From: Lingula anatina
Lineage: Eukaryota > Animalia > Brachiopoda
NCBI GenBank assembly: GCA_051362555.1
Contig: CM120647.1
Coordinates: 6,262,001 to 6,326,000, forward strand
DNA length: 64,000 nucleotides
Direction of reading: 5' to 3'
Shown piece by piece: positions 14,307 through 28,877 of this stretch. The notes beneath the pieces are model-generated. The model was not told where the DNA came from. It worked only from the letters and a program-made list of their open reading frames with translations, and searched no databases. Position numbers and translations under genes: made by a program. How positions within the stretch are numbered: position 1 is the first letter of the stretch; every line of letters starts with the position of its first letter.

Positions 14307-17300
14307 AATATACAGTAACTTGTGATACTGCTGCGTTACATCTACATATTATTGCTTGCATATCAAAGAGAAAACATTTATAATAATGGACAGATAGCGT
14401 TACCACCTAGTAGACGTAATAGTTGAAGAAGTATCCTTACGATAGAATTGAGATTGTTTTACGATTGAACAAATTTGTCGTGATACCTTGACATAAACAA
14501 TAAAACTGTCTGATCTCGTATTACACAGATTTCAGGCTATGGCCCCAATCCTTACCTATTTTTACCTTTTAGGTATTGGAAATATGTGAGTTTTTACCAT
14601 ACAGAAGCTGCATGGTCAAGTCAACCTGACTATCTGTCTATAACGTGATAGATATTTTGCGTTGTAGTGATAAAAGACCTTGCGCCAGTATATATTATTA
14701 ACACACATACATTATTTGTGGATGTATATACATCTATGTAAAAAAAAAGAAGTTGGAAACGCCAGACAAAGCCAAGCTATTTTGCACACACTAAGATAGA
14801 TGAGGGCATTGCGAAGGAAGCTTAACATAGACAACTAAATCAAGAACTATCCCGGTGTATGGTGATTTCATTATCTGGAACCAATTTGCCAAAGTAACAG
14901 TTATATCACAGGTGGCTCTTGTTAGAAGGCTGCTGTTACTGTTATTTGTTGTTGCTGCTGCAGAAGTACAATGTACACTAAGCCCCCAAAGAAGGGTTGT
15001 TTTTATCATCATGGGAGGTTGACCAATATAAGGCTTCTAAATCAAGGACTCTCTGGAGAAAGATAGTTTGCAAACTCAAGCCAATTTGCCATAAAAATTG
15101 AGTTATTGTTGGAGCTGAATCCAGTAAGTATTCTTTTGTCATGGCGGGGAGGCAGGTGAACAATTACGGAATGGAGAACATCTAGTAATACAACTGACTG
15201 CGGATGCTTTTAACTACAGTTTTTAGACTGGAAAACACCTGAGATGACATCTGTGAGATTTTCCGAATGTTTTTTTACATTTATAGGGAGACCATAGTCT
15301 TTATTGTGACAAGATATATGAGAGCGTTGCCCTTAGCAGTTACAGCATCGTCCCAGTTGACTGCTTTGCAGACATAAATTTTAGCTATGACAGAAGATGA
15401 AATTCAGTTAAAAGTAGAAATACAGTCCAGAGTCTCTGCAAGATGTAATGCAATAATGGAAAAGCAATGAAGGCCCAGTTTGCTTCCTGGAAACAGTAAC
15501 GATGTTATCCAAGTTTGCATTTTGTTTCACATAAACTGATTTAGCTCAATGAAGTTGCAAGTGCTATTGGAACTCGATAAACTAGAAAATGGACTCTGTG
15601 TCAGAAACTGTATATAATCCTATAAATGCATAAATATTAGTAATAGCTGGCACTATAATGAATGGGAGACTGGGAGACTACACGGGTATGAATTATAGTG
15701 CAAATTGTTGTGTAAGAAGCAATTTGTTTTGTAATATGTCTGCTGAAATAATCCTGTTAAGTGTCGAGATTGGGTTTCTGAATTACCGTCTGAAAGACAT
15801 ACATTGTACATGTTCACTTAGTTTACTATCACGCACACATCAGGGACGACTTGTTTGTTGATATACCAGTATAATTTTTTTTGCCAGTCAATTAAGCTGG
15901 ATGACAGAAACAGCTCTTTTCACAGCAAAAAAAGAACTATATAATACAGATCAATTTTCTTAGTATAAAAAGTGAGGCAGTTTTGAAATTGCAGTTCTGA
16001 AATTTTTTGCTTACATGAAGATGAAGGACAATACAAATTGAATTTGCTCTACATATCTGTTTTAATAGGAATACGTGCAGTTAATGAAATTATTTCCGAA
16101 TCATGTGGAAGGAAGTGCCTTAGAGAACCTGACCTGATCTTTTTTCTCTAAAGAGCAAGACAGTCTAAGTTGTTTTTTCAAAGCCAGTGGAATAAAGAAC
16201 TGCAAAGCCAAAGTGATGAAGTGCTCAAAAAGATAAATAGGACTGGTAACATGATAGAGAAAATAATTTATCTGAGTGCTCGTGAAGCTGAGTATTTATT
16301 TTGGTCTTGGCACAGGGGATTTTAACTGTTGGCAGTCTTAGTTTCATCTATAACCAGGAGAATGGCTAAAGTGACGAAGAACGCGTGTCTTTTTACGATT
16401 CCGCTGGAAAAGAGGACGCAATAGAAGGACTATGTAACAAGATATACTAGACAAATGACTTGACAAATGGAAGGAGGAAGTTTTTCACTGTTGTTAACAT
16501 TTTACTTTTGTGACTATTGGTGAAAACGGGATGTAGCCAAGATATTACAGAATGTTTGCTGAGATATTTACTTGTAACTCATATCTCTTGTCAAAAATGG
16601 AGAAAGAAAAGAAAAATTGATTGATTTCAGGAATGAGAAACTTCAGGCGGATACTTTTAAGCTTTTCACTGGAATATATTTCATGCATTCCTCTTTTAAT
16701 TAAAAAAGGAGGAAAATAAGAAATTGGACGGTTTGACTGGTTTCTTTGTCCCAAAAATGGGCACAACACTATAAATGTTCCTGAGAGGCATTTGAAAAAA
16801 ACATGAGAGACAGATGATTTGATATCTTTTGGTACAATGAAAGGAAAGAAAGAGACAGAAAATCACAACGGAACTTAAAGAAACTTTTTCACGATAGCAT
16901 GCTGTTTTCACCATTGGCAGTCCTATGTAAGACCTGCCACAAGCCCAAGCAGTGCATAACTCCCATTTCAGCAGGGCATAAATCCCATTTAATGCCCAAT
17001 CAACAGAAGAGCAAAACCAAGCTGTGGAGCCCCCTGGCGGTCATAAAAGGGGGCAGCACTAGTGCTTTGCCTAACAGAGGTAGGATATTATGAGAGGGAA
17101 AAGTTTTGGGTAAAAGGGAAGAATGTTTCGGGGTACTTAGATTTTGTGATATTGAACTGAAAGGCAGGTTCGTAGCCAGGTGTTTCAAAGGGGGTGGGGT
17201 ATTTTTTTTTACTGAAAAATAGACTCTTTATGGTAAAGCCTGTGTGTGCTCAGAAAACCTAGATGAAATTTTGATGAAGAGCAGAATCTTTTTTCGGTCA

Positions 17301-17441
17301 AAAGGATTGTTTCTACTAATGCCCCCCCCTCCCTCTGAAGCCCCTGCCTACAAACCTGATTCAGTGATTTGTACAATGTAAGAGAGCATTCACATAGTGA
17401 AGAGCCGAGGTCTAGCAAGGCCGAGACCTAATATGGTGGAC

Positions 17442-17601
17442 CGGGGCCGTAGCGATAGTCCGAAGGTTCAATAGTCCGAAGGTTCATTGGTCCGAATGTT
17501 CACTATAGAACCTTCGGACCAATGAACCCTTGATTAAAAAATCGATGAAAATGTTACCACTTTTCGGACCAATGAACCTTCGGACTATCGAGACGCCCCC
17601 T
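17442..17601. mobile_element. Short TIR element with 15-bp subterminal repeats and 6-bp TSD
   Basis: Repeated tagtccgaaggttca units on the left and their complements on the right; GTGGAC on both flanks. Confidence 0.75.
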
Positions 17602-20257
17602 GTGGACCTACATGACAGGAAGACCACTAAATCCTTTATTGGCTCAATAACATTCATTGAATGCTCTCTTAGCCAGTTTTGATAAAAAAAACCTACTGAA
17701 TTGGTTTTGGCATCTTGGGCTGGTTGTCCCAAAATATTTAAAAGCTAAATTCAGTCTTAATTTTTTATAGATCAAACAAATTTTTGACTTCAGTTTGGTT
17801 TTTTTAAACTGACGAAACATCCAATGCATCACGAAATTTCATTTTTAAACTTTTTAATAGGAAATTTGATTTGCATTGTACTGAACAATTGGTTGGTATT
17901 TTTGTGCCATAACTCTCTATGTCTTAACTCTTATTCAAAATAAGTGAATGATCATTTGATGGGTGCATGATATCTGGACCTAATAACACACAGGAATAGC
18001 ATACATCAAATTACGTAGAAGGCGACAAAATTAAGATGCAATATTTCCACAGTGTTGCCCATAAAGGACAATTTCAGGACAAATTCCATCCTAATAAATG
18101 CCATTTTAAAGCTTTGGGAAAGTCTAGTCGAAACCAGTATTAGCAGGGGACTTAACGCCGCTGAAAACTTGGTTTGGGAATCCTTTATTATTAGTGACAT
18201 CATATCGACTGAATATTAGAAGTTTAGTATTAGGCGTGTTCCAGAGCAAATTATTTCGACCAGGTCATATATCATACCGAAAGAGAGTGGAATGCTTCGA
18301 TAATCGGAACACAGGTGGGCCTGGGAGCAATTCATCTGAGACAAACGGGAATTTGATGGAGAATTATATCATAAGAGCCAATAAAAGCAATCCAGCAGAG
18401 GCTTGCCAAGATAATGATATTTATTAACGGACCGTATAGAAAGTTCATAGAGAGAATTATAGGAATTGAGGGGTTATTTATAAGAGTGTTGTTACAGGAA
18501 CAGGCATTTTTCAGGGAAACTTTCAGTTTAATGTAGGTAACGTTAGAGAATAAGGTTTTTTATGTGATGCTGCCATGGTGAATATTATGTTGTCATGGTG
18601 ACAGCCATGTTGTCATGGTAACTGTTATGTGGTCAAGGTGACTGCCATGCTGCCATAGTGACTGTGAAACTTTGCAGGGCAATGATGACATGAGAATTAT
18701 GTTGTCCTAAAAAAAAAAAAAAAAAAAAGAAAATCATGAATATTGTTAAGTTAAAAAGATCCAGCTTCGATTTGGGGAGAGGGGATGGTCAAAGGGGGAA
18801 TGGCATATTACCTGAGCGGCATTGACTAGAAAACGAAGAAAAACTTTTTTGCTAGAGAGAAAAAAAAATCAGACAGATTTTTATTTCCTGTAATTATTTG
18901 TTTATTTGTTAGTTTGCTTGTTTGTTTATTTTCCCTAAAATTAAATAACAGCTGGATGTTAATTTGAGTAGGTAAATGACACTTGATAATGATAAAAAGA
19001 ATTACGAATGAATTAGGGCAGTAGAGGTGGCTCCAAGCCTGGGATTGGTTGTCATGATGGCTTGTTTGGAAGATAACGTGACACCGCAGGTTTTTATAGA
19101 TGGCATGACAGCTGGTCTTATTGCCCATGGATACTTTTCAACTAAGTCACAACAACTCCAGGACCCTTTTTTTTTCACTGAGAGATTTTTTTTGTTTTTT
19201 ACCTCTCAGACAAGGTCAAGGTTAAACAGCTTGTACCAGTAATTGCTACTATCATGATTTATTTTATTCTAGACTTACAAATGTAAAGCATTTTGATTTT
19301 TACATTTTATTATCTTGATATTTTATTGACTGAATGGTTGTTTATGTGATAAGAGGCAACAGCACTGCGGGTGGTAGGGCGAGATGTCTCGTGTGATGCA
19401 TGATTCAGAAACGGGTGCTTGCACGCTCGCCATTTTTGCACGCCTGAGGCAAACAGCACTTGAATTCTTTTAAAATTTTTGAAGTAAACACATTTCTGTG
19501 GTCAGGTTGTTTTGAACCTAATTTTTTCTAGAAAAATAACAAGGTCTTTGAAATTGACACAACTGGGTTACCACAAAAATATGGAGTAGACCACAAATGA
19601 AACACGACACCTGGATGCTTCTCCCGCAACAGAGATTTTGTGGGAAATACTTAGGGACGATTGCTTTTAGAAAAAAAAAAGTAATTAAGTGTATAGTAAA
19701 CACTGAACAAAGAATGAAGGGTTTTAAAGCTGTGGTCAATATGCTGTAAATTAAAAGTGGTTTTCACTTGTTTAAAAAACAAGTTTCATTTTTGTACGGA
19801 ATTTTCCCAGTTAATTCGGACACCATTAATCAATGATTTTCCTCTTAAAGGATTTTTTTTACTAACTCTTTCAATTTCCTGATTAAAAATTAAATTTTTT
19901 GCAAAAGTAGTTGGCTAGGTTGACAAAGGTACATCATAGTATTTGAAAAGTATAATCTTGAAAGAGTAAATCAGTAGAAAAAGAATGGTGTTTGAAAGTG
20001 TTGGGTAATTGCCATACAAAAGAATTTCCCCCTGTTGTGTAGGAAGTGGTTCATTGGTTGGATTGCACTCCAATTCATCTTAGGACATCAGTGTAATCTA
20101 ATATTTCATTGCCTAATACAGCACCTAAATCATTTTGATGTTTTGTTGATTTTGGGAACTAGTCTGTTTCTTAAAGTACAAAATATTCTTTTAGTTTTTT
20201 AAGTGGTAGTTCGAAGTTACATCAGTGTATAACACAGCAGATGAAATTCTTTGATAA

Positions 20258-20359
<102 letters not shown>

Positions 20360-21199
20360 AAGCCTTTTCAGCACCTAATGGAACATTAACAACACGCACT
20401 GGCTAGACGTTAAATCATAAAATCATCATCTTTAAGTCGTTAGGCAGCAGTTAACCAAGGACACAAAAAATCAATAGATGCAAGGGTCTCAGGCGATCTG
20501 GCCTTGATGGTCATGGCTCACGATGTAAGGCTACATGTGATTGGCTAATGACACCCTTGGGTTTAGGTGGGCATTTGGATGGTCAGACAGAGGAAGGGTC
20601 AGAGGCCTGGACAGACGGACAGACAGGAAGAATCAGAGTCGTGGACGGACAGACAAAGGGACAAGTGGACAGAAGAACTGTCAGCTGGACAACCTAACAG
20701 ACAGACAGACAGACAGACAGACAGATAGACTGACAGTTTAAAGAAAAGAGGCAAAGACAAGCATACAAAGGAAAAGACAGTTAATTCTACTTGTAAATGG
20801 AGAGACAGAAGAATCTTTATTACATTTGCAAGTACAAACCAAAACGTCCTATTTGATAGCAAATTCAAAGGACCATTTAAGCTTGCCTTTGTAAGTGGGG
20901 GGAAAAAAAAAACATAAACATCACTCAGAATGAAGCTAAAATGAATATTTCATAAGAGCGTTGTGCAAAATTACTTTTATCATCGCTTTTTTGTACCATG
21001 ATGCCTTGTTTATTACGCTGCATTGAAACTGATAGCGCAGAAATAGGTTTGAATATATGAATGGGAAGTCTGTCTCAGATCTTCAGAGGGCATTTGCACT
21101 TTGTGCAAGCCGCAGACAGATAAAAAAGACAATTAAAACTTTCCTTGATTATTGAGTTATTTTTTTTGAAGATCCACCTCAAAAGATCAGAGAGACAAA

Positions 21200-21312
21200 T
21201 AGATAGACGGACAGGCAGACAGACAGATGGACAGACGGACAGGCAGGCAGGCAGACGGACGGACGGACAGGCAGGCAGGCAGACAGACAGACAGACGGAC
21301 AGGCAGACAGAC
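21200..21312 (+). repeat. (GACA/GGCA)n tetranucleotide tract (related tract at about 20585-20735)
   Basis: Direct reading. Confidence 0.9.
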
Positions 21313-24193
21313 ATAAAAAAAATTTGAATCACTACATGGTTATCAATCAAATGTAATAACCACGGATATTACTTAAATAATATTTAATAACCTTTGCTTT
21401 AAATTTTAAAACTTGTCTCGGAAGTTCAGCTACATGTTATTCTAGCTTTAAAAAAGTAAACAAAACATTAAAAAGGAATTCTCTCTATAATGTTCATAGA
21501 TTCCTTTTTCTCAGAAGGGCATCTCTAGACAGATGGACATTACCACACAAGTCACAAAAGCCGTTATCGCCGGGTCGTTACCCCGGAGACTGCTGCTAAT
21601 GGCGTATCTTGGAAACCACACTTTTCGCCTAATTGTTCTTTATGTCCCCTGTTAACCTTAAAACAGTGCTTATCAGGCTGCATTTCCCGAAAATGTGCAT
21701 ATTTATGTCATGTGCAAGCAGTTAGTGTCGGTGTATTTGTTGAGAGAGGAAGATGAAATGGAGTTAGAGCAAGAATAAGTAAGGCCATAGACAATGGGGA
21801 TTTAGGAGGGGGGGGGGTTGTAGGATCCACCCTTTTGGCCAGAAAAAAATACTTTGAATCACAATATGATATATAGGCTCTGTGCCATTTCTCAAGTTCG
21901 GGCAACTAAGGTTCAAGGTAAAAGGGTTCACTTTATCAGATATCTTACCCCCCCCCCTTCCCCCATTGAAATTGCTGCAATCTCTGACTCGTTTGTTGTG
22001 ATATTTAAAAAATTTTCCCTCTGTTTTCCTGCCCTAATCTATCTCCATGTATTTTTGGTCACTGTATCCCGACTGCTTTCATCTTCTACATTAGATGGTA
22101 TCGTATAACGTAGATTAATGGGAGTTGACCTACTAATCTTGGGATTTCCCGGTCTGACAAAATAAAAGAGAGACTACAAAGAAACTTTGGGGGAATAAAT
22201 GAAAATGAGGAGTGATAAATGGCCGTCACGTATTCCTGCTGAAACAGAAATTGTATTTCAAGTTCATGATATGATATCTATTGGTGCGCATTCAGACAAT
22301 GATTATTGAGGACTGAAAATGGTCCAAAGTGCAGTGCGTATCAGACAAGAGAGGCCTCGCTAAGTATTATAGTCATAATTTCGTTGATTTGAATTTTAAA
22401 TCACATGATAAGCTAAGATTCAATAGATGGATTGATTACCTGTGATCTTTAAAATCTGAATTATCTCTTCCAAGTATAATAAGTAAAAGAAATTTTCCTG
22501 TTAGTAACAGTATTCATGTATCCTCTTTGATAGTTTTAAGTTTTTAAAAGACGAATGATGAGTTATAAGCATGCTTGATTTTAGCACCTAGGTAGTTGGA
22601 CAAGTACACTTTGTTTTATAAAAAAATTATTGAATAAGTCATAGACAAACTGAAAAAAAATAATTAATGCTGAAAAGAATGCCATCATTTTTCCCAAATG
22701 TCCAAACAAACAAGTACATGTATTCATACCGTTATTGATTAACATGCACACATTTGTTGCCCCAACTGAGAACAGAATTTTACGATTCATATTCCCAATT
22801 GTAAAGAAAATGTTACGTGACACAACATTGTATCCTGGGGGAGAGGGGGGAGGCATCTGTAAACTCGTTGAATGCCAAATCCCTCTGGGGCTAAAATGGA
22901 CGCCAGGATGTCTGCAAAACAGGAACGTTAATTAGAACTCTCTTTACTACCAACATTTTGGATTTTGGCAATAACCTAAGAAATTATAGGTCAAAAATTT
23001 GTGTCAGAGCAGAGATGATGGTCTTATAGTTTGTATAGTAGTTGGAATACCAGTAGTTTTTGTGTTGCGTTAATGTCATTGTTATTGCAGACTATTATTT
23101 CATGTTGATGAATTTCTGTGTGTATTGTACTAGTACATAATCACTATTTGTTTCTTGCGGATCTGCTCATAATAAAGTTCGTATAAAACCATAAAAGTCA
23201 ACAAAATATGTCGAGGTACCATGCACTAGGACCAGTTTATGACATATGCCTTTGTGGTGTTTTTTTTTTTTTTTTTAAAGCCAACAATTGGTGACTGTCA
23301 TTACGATCCTCTGCACTCGCGTTTATGCCTTTTATACCTTTTATACCGTTTATGCTTTTGTTTTATGGAAGACAATGTATCTGGCAGAATGAATCACCAA
23401 AATATGAACATGGAGGCAAGAACAAAAGGGTTGATGTTGACAACTCTTTTTGTACACTGAAGTGTTTACGAAAACGCTTCGTGCCAACAGGTACTGTTTC
23501 ATGGTACCTGGTACCTTAGGTGCCTCTTGTCGCCTTTTATGGTTTTGACAGCCTAATTTCATGATTAAGGGATAATAAGAAAAAAAGTTGAATGGCCAAA
23601 GAGAGTCATTTGTGTTTGTCAAGAGAGTGTTGCATTCGAGAAATGAAAAGTACTTACGGATATATATTATGTGTGCGTCTCTGTCTCTTTGAGAGTTACA
23701 GCGAGTGCTTGTTAGTTTGTGCTAAAGACATGGTTGGCAGGAGACATAGACTAGGACTCCGAGTCCTACATATAGATTATTATCATATTAGAAAAAGCAA
23801 AATAACAAAATTTCCTTATTTCCCAATGAGTTGTAATTAATAAGTTCAAAACATTTTTGCATCTTTTTCTGAGGACGTCATACTGGTGTCGCCAGTGATT
23901 GACCTCTTGAGGTCATCGTTTTTATAACAACTGCCTGCACAGCGCCAACATTAACCTTGACAGGAGACAGCAGTGCCACTTGTACCGTCTTTTAAGGCCA
24001 TACTTATAAATTATACATATGTGTTATAGATGTACTTTTTAAGGCTACAAACATCACATATATTTTTCCAGCACAGCTGTTGTAAATTATAGGGGAGGAG
24101 GTTATTGAAGGTTATTTTAGGTTATTGACTGACAAAAAATTATTATTTATTTATTCATTTAGTCGTAGATGACTTATGTGCAAAGTGTACGTC

Positions 24194-24334
24194 TATCCAT
24201 ATTATATCCATCTAATTGATTGTTGAGAGGGGTGAACAAGTATCCATATTGTATCCATCTAATTGATTGTTGAGAGGGGTGAACAAGTATCCATATTGTA
24301 TCCATCTAATTGATTGTTGAGAGGGATGAACAAG
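24194..24334 (+). repeat. 47-bp tandem repeat x3
   Basis: tatccatattgtatccatctaattgattgttgagaggggtgaacaag x3. Confidence 0.95.
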
Positions 24335-25008
24335 TACTCGTTATAACTCGAGTCGTCCACTGTATGCGACGTACAAGAGTGTCATTATATCGAGGTGCAG
24401 TTGAGATATAATTTGCTCTAGTGTGTCGTGGACGACGAGTAGTTGTAACTGACTTATACCACGACTGATGCTACGAACAATAGGATGAACGTACCAAAGC
24501 ATACGAAAACACGGGCAAGCCTTATGTGAAATACAAGTGCAGTTATCCTATTGTTCGAAGCACCGGTCGTGATATAAATAAAACTACACACAATATCGCA
24601 AGGGGCCCAGCACTTAATTGTGTTACCGTACTATGTGAAAAAGTCAATTTCAACTAAGGCAGTTGCTGCATACAAGGACTAATAAGCAAAGCTTTTAAAT
24701 TTTTGTTTTATCCTTCAAATAACTCGTTGTCAGGGATGCTGGTATTATTATACTATATATCATTGTAATGTACTATATTGGCACTTGTGGTCCACACAAT
24801 GCCTAACTGATAAATTTTCAAGAACAATATCAAATTATTACCATCTTCTAAATTATATTTTGTCAGCAAGTCATTAAAGCTTTTGTTCAGAAGTTTTGAA
24901 AAATTAATTAGTGTAATACATTGTTTAACTGAAAATGATAAATCTCAAACAAATGACATATAAAAGTACAATATTTGAAAATATTGGAAGTAATTACTAT
25001 ATACATAT

Positions 25009-25051
<43 letters not shown>

Positions 25052-27233
25052 TTCCTATTGCCACTTCCCATTGTTTTCAAGTGTCCAACAGTCATTGTAA
25101 ATAAGGTTATAAACAGTATTTGCCTGCCATTTGAGGACTGAGAGGTCGATTCCGAAGTTAGTAAGCTTTGTACATTTAACTAACCAAAATGATAAATCTT
25201 GGAAGAGTGACGTATATGAAAGTACAGTATTCAAAAATGGACTTAATGTCCAAAAGTCATTGTGAATAAGGTTATAAACAATATTTGCCCGCCATTCGAG
25301 GACTGAGAGGTCGAATCCTCTGAGGTTACAGCTTAGCATATTTGATGGATGTGGTTGTTTACTTCATAGCAAATTTTATGTGTCTGGAGAGCTGAGAGGA
25401 AAGCTTGTTTATCTTCCAAGTGAGCTACGATGAATACTGAAGCAGGGAGAAAAATCAACAGAAATATTCCCCCAAGAGATGAGAAATTCTTCGGAGATGA
25501 TGAATTGTAGGTGGAGCTAGGGTAATTGTACTTCAGTACGTCTTTAGTAACGTTGAAGATCATTTAGGGTTCCCAGGAGATTTTTTTCTTTTTATTATGA
25601 AGTGATCAAATTATTCATTTTAAGCCAAGATGTATTTTTTAGTTTGCAGAATGTTTTAATTTTATTCTTTTATTTTATTTTTTATGAATTTTTTAAATTT
25701 ATTTTCTGTGTTGTTTGGTTGTTTATTGATATGAAATTTAAGTTGTTTATTTATTAATTAATTAATTTATTTGTTTCTTTGTATTGAATAAATATATTTG
25801 CTTTGGATGCACATACTGATCCAAACCTACAAAAAAACAAACTGAATATATATTTCAAAAAGCTTAAAATTCTCAAGGTATCTTCACAACTTTCTGTAAC
25901 TATTTCCTTAATTAACTTTTCCAAATCCCCAACTGAGTGGGCGGGAGACATCCCAAGGACGTCAAAGTCATGTTTTTGTTTCTCCAAATGTTTTTGCGGT
26001 CTTTTGCACGCTAAAAGTAGATCTGTAATTAAGGGTGGGATTTTGTTTTGGCTGAATTTCATAAATATTAATGACATTTTAAAGGAAAGCATACATGAAG
26101 TAGATGGGGATGTTATAATGAAGTGAAGTTAATACGTGAAGCGTTTTGTGGTCAGTAACAAATAAATATATTTTTCAGCCCATATTAAGCATCGTTAATG
26201 CTTAATCTTCTTTTAAATCTTTGAGGCTCTAAGGTAAACTTTTAATACTTTTCACATTTTCTTTATGGGAGATTAACTTTTTGTAGGCGTTATGTATTCC
26301 ATCATTTTTGCTTAATCTTCTTTCACATAGTTGAGGATAGAAGATAAAGTTATGATTTTTTCACGCTTCCTTTGTGGGTGTTTACCTTGTGAAGGTGTTA
26401 TATTACTGCTTAATCTTCTTTCAAATAGTTGAGGTTTAAAAGTAAGATTGTGATATTTTCTATGAATGGTTACTTTAAGAGGTTGACCTTTTTTCAAATC
26501 ATCTTAAGGTAAGGGATTGACCTTCTCTAGGTCATCTTAAGGTTATGGGGTGACACAGTGTGGTCATTAGATAGATAGATATTTTATAGTTTCTGAATTG
26601 TGAGCAGAATTACAACATATGAAAAAAAGTATTTTCTTTGAAATGCTATCAGTAGGTCAAGCCGTTAATTTGGAATTGGAGAGATAAACATATTTGCACA
26701 TGTTGCTAAGTATATTTGGTTTCCCAGGGAGCTGTTACTGATACGAAGTCCAGATTTACAGGAATTAAGTTCTCAGTAAGAAATAGGTCCATGTTGTATC
26801 AAATATGCTACTTATTTTAGAAGAACAAAATAATAATAATAATTTATATCTTAATAAGCACATGGTGTTGCTACATACACATAAACATTTAAATATTAAA
26901 AATAGGATTAATAAAACTTAATATTATCATAAAACTAATCACTTTTTTTTACATTGAGCAACTTTAAGATGTATTTTCAGGGCCAAAAGACCATGGAAGC
27001 TGTGAAAATCCCTGTTGTGACTGAGCACAATAATGTCACAACCGGTTGTCACAACTAACACAATTGCTGTACTACTAACTTAATCTGCTTTTATTTATTT
27101 ATTTATATATTTCTTATACCACTAGTTTGGCAGCTTGATTTTGGCCCTATATCACCCAGCCTTATTCAGTCTCATATTTATTTGTTTGTTTTTGATAAAT
27201 ATTTATGTTTGCTTTGCTCTTCTGTCTTTGCAG

Positions 27234-27373
27234 AGCATGTTTGGCAAGTGACGGTCAAGCCGCGTGGTCTGGGCAGTAGCAAGAACCTGGTGGGGACGTA
27301 CAGGTTATGTCTGACCAGCTCCTCTCTCAGTCTGGTCAAGCTGAACCACGAGAAACCGGAGATAACATTTCAG
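27234..27373 (+). CDS. IRS: IRS-like gene, exon encoding N-terminal half of IRS-type PTB domain (first exon visible in window)
   Basis: Acceptor tctgtctttgcag and donor CAG|gtggga. Translation EHVWQVTVKPRGLGSSKNLVGTYRLCLTSSSLSLVKLN resembles the IRS1 PTB start (EVWQVILKPKGLGQTKNLIGIYRLCLTSKTISFVKLN). The exon starts in phase 1, so an upstream exon is required. Confidence 0.93.
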
Positions 27374-27793
27374 GTGGGAAATAAAGAAAGGGATGTGCAA
27401 CCTTTTCTTTTTAAATTTTACCTCACTGTGTCACTCATATATCACAATTTTGGTTACTTCTTGTGGTACTATGGTAGAAAAAGTAAATCACTTTTAAAGA
27501 GAATGTTTTAAACAGTTGGGCCTGTTTCGACCCTTCATTCAAGAGCCTTGATTGCACGGTTGACTGGTCAAATTAAAAAAAAAAAACACCTGGTATATTT
27601 TTCTATGATCATGGTTAAATATTTCTGACACTGGATCCTCTGTCTGAGCATGCTTGGTCTCCTTTGTGGTCTATGTCCCTCTTTCTTTTTATATTTTTAT
27701 TTTATATTATATTTTTATATTTTTATTTTATATTATATTTTTATATGCATATGTGAAAACACCATAATCAAAATCCAAACTTCAATTTTTCAG

Positions 27794-27936
27794 CTGGCAG
27801 CGATACGAAGATGCGGTCACTCAGACTGTTTCTTCTTCATGGAGGTGGGGAGGTCGTCAGCGACAGGGGCTGGAGAGCTCTGGATGCAGGTTGAGGATAC
27901 TATCATTGCACAGAACATGCACGAAGCCATACTGAG
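27794..27936 (+). CDS. IRS: IRS-like gene, exon encoding C-terminal half of PTB domain
   Basis: Acceptor tttttcag and donor AG|gtgagc. LAAIRRCGHSDCFFFMEVGRSSATGAGELWMQVEDTIIAQNMHEAIL matches the IRS PTB signature ([44 protein letters not shown]). Phase 0 join with the previous exon. Confidence 0.95.
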
Positions 27937-28325
27937 GTGAGCGTAAAAGTTATACTGTGGAACATCGAGTTAATTTGTTTCCTTACTCCAGTTTCTGAAC
28001 CAAAATGTTCACAAACCCAAGGCTTTTTTCTTTTTAGTTGAAAACAATGTAAATCCAATTATCTATTTCCCACTTTTGATTTTGCCATGTTTTGCACTGC
28101 TTGTCCAAAAAGTAAAATAAACATAATTATGAATACAGTAGAATAAATATAATTATTGTTGGGAGCAAAAGAATTCTCACTCGTCTCGTTTAGTTATCTG
28201 AGAACAAAATTTTATTTATTTAGTATTATCTTACATGTTTGTGATGGCAAAAGGAATGATTATAGAACAGTAGTAAAATATATCATTAAAGTTTAAATAC
28301 GGTATAATTACCACATTTCTCACAG

Positions 28326-28484
28326 CTCCATGAAGTCAATGAGCAGCGGTCAAGAAGCCGGTCAGCAGATTCGTCCCAGGACGTCCAGCACCCTCTCGGA
28401 CAAGACGCGTCCGGCCAGTGCTGTCCACCGCAGTCGGGATGACCACGGCCCACATCGGTCACGCACAAGTAGCGAGGGACACAA
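28326..28484 (+). CDS. IRS: IRS-like gene, post-PTB exon
   Basis: Acceptor tttctcacag and donor AA|gtaagt; phase-2 joins fit both neighbours. Reads SSMKSMSSGQEAGQQIRPRTSST...RSRTSSEGH, echoing IRS AMRAMS..RPRSKS and RxRxxS kinase motifs. Confidence 0.85.
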
Positions 28485-28877
28485 GTAAGTCTATCCAATA
28501 TATGTGTGGTACTGTTATATTATAGAAAACTGATTATAGAGACTGACTGGTTGAAAATGTTAAGACACATCCTGTAAGCCACTGATTCTCAAGTAGCTTA
28601 GCAAATTAAGGCAAGCTTGAAAATAAGATATATGACATAAGTATTGAAAAGTTATTAAAAGTTTTTTTCCTAAATAAATTCAGGGTAGTAGGAAAAAGTC
28701 AATAAATGTTATGAGTATTGAAAGATGACTTAAAATGTTCATTCTGTTTTAACACTGAAAGACAAGTCAGGCATATAATGACACATAATGGCAGAATATA
28801 GGTTGGCAACAGATAACAGTTAGTTATATTTATCATTAGGTCATTTATTTTATTAAATTTTTTTCATTGTGAACCAG

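Noticed and set aside
14072-14406. Cys/Val- or His/Thr-rich ORFs (also 11675, 20541, 21075, 38791, 49056)
   Set aside because: Translations of microsatellites.
25754-26126. Overlapping 107/112-aa ORFs as possible PH-domain exons
   Set aside because: No resemblance to the IRS PH domain or any recognisable motif, and no convincing splice sites.
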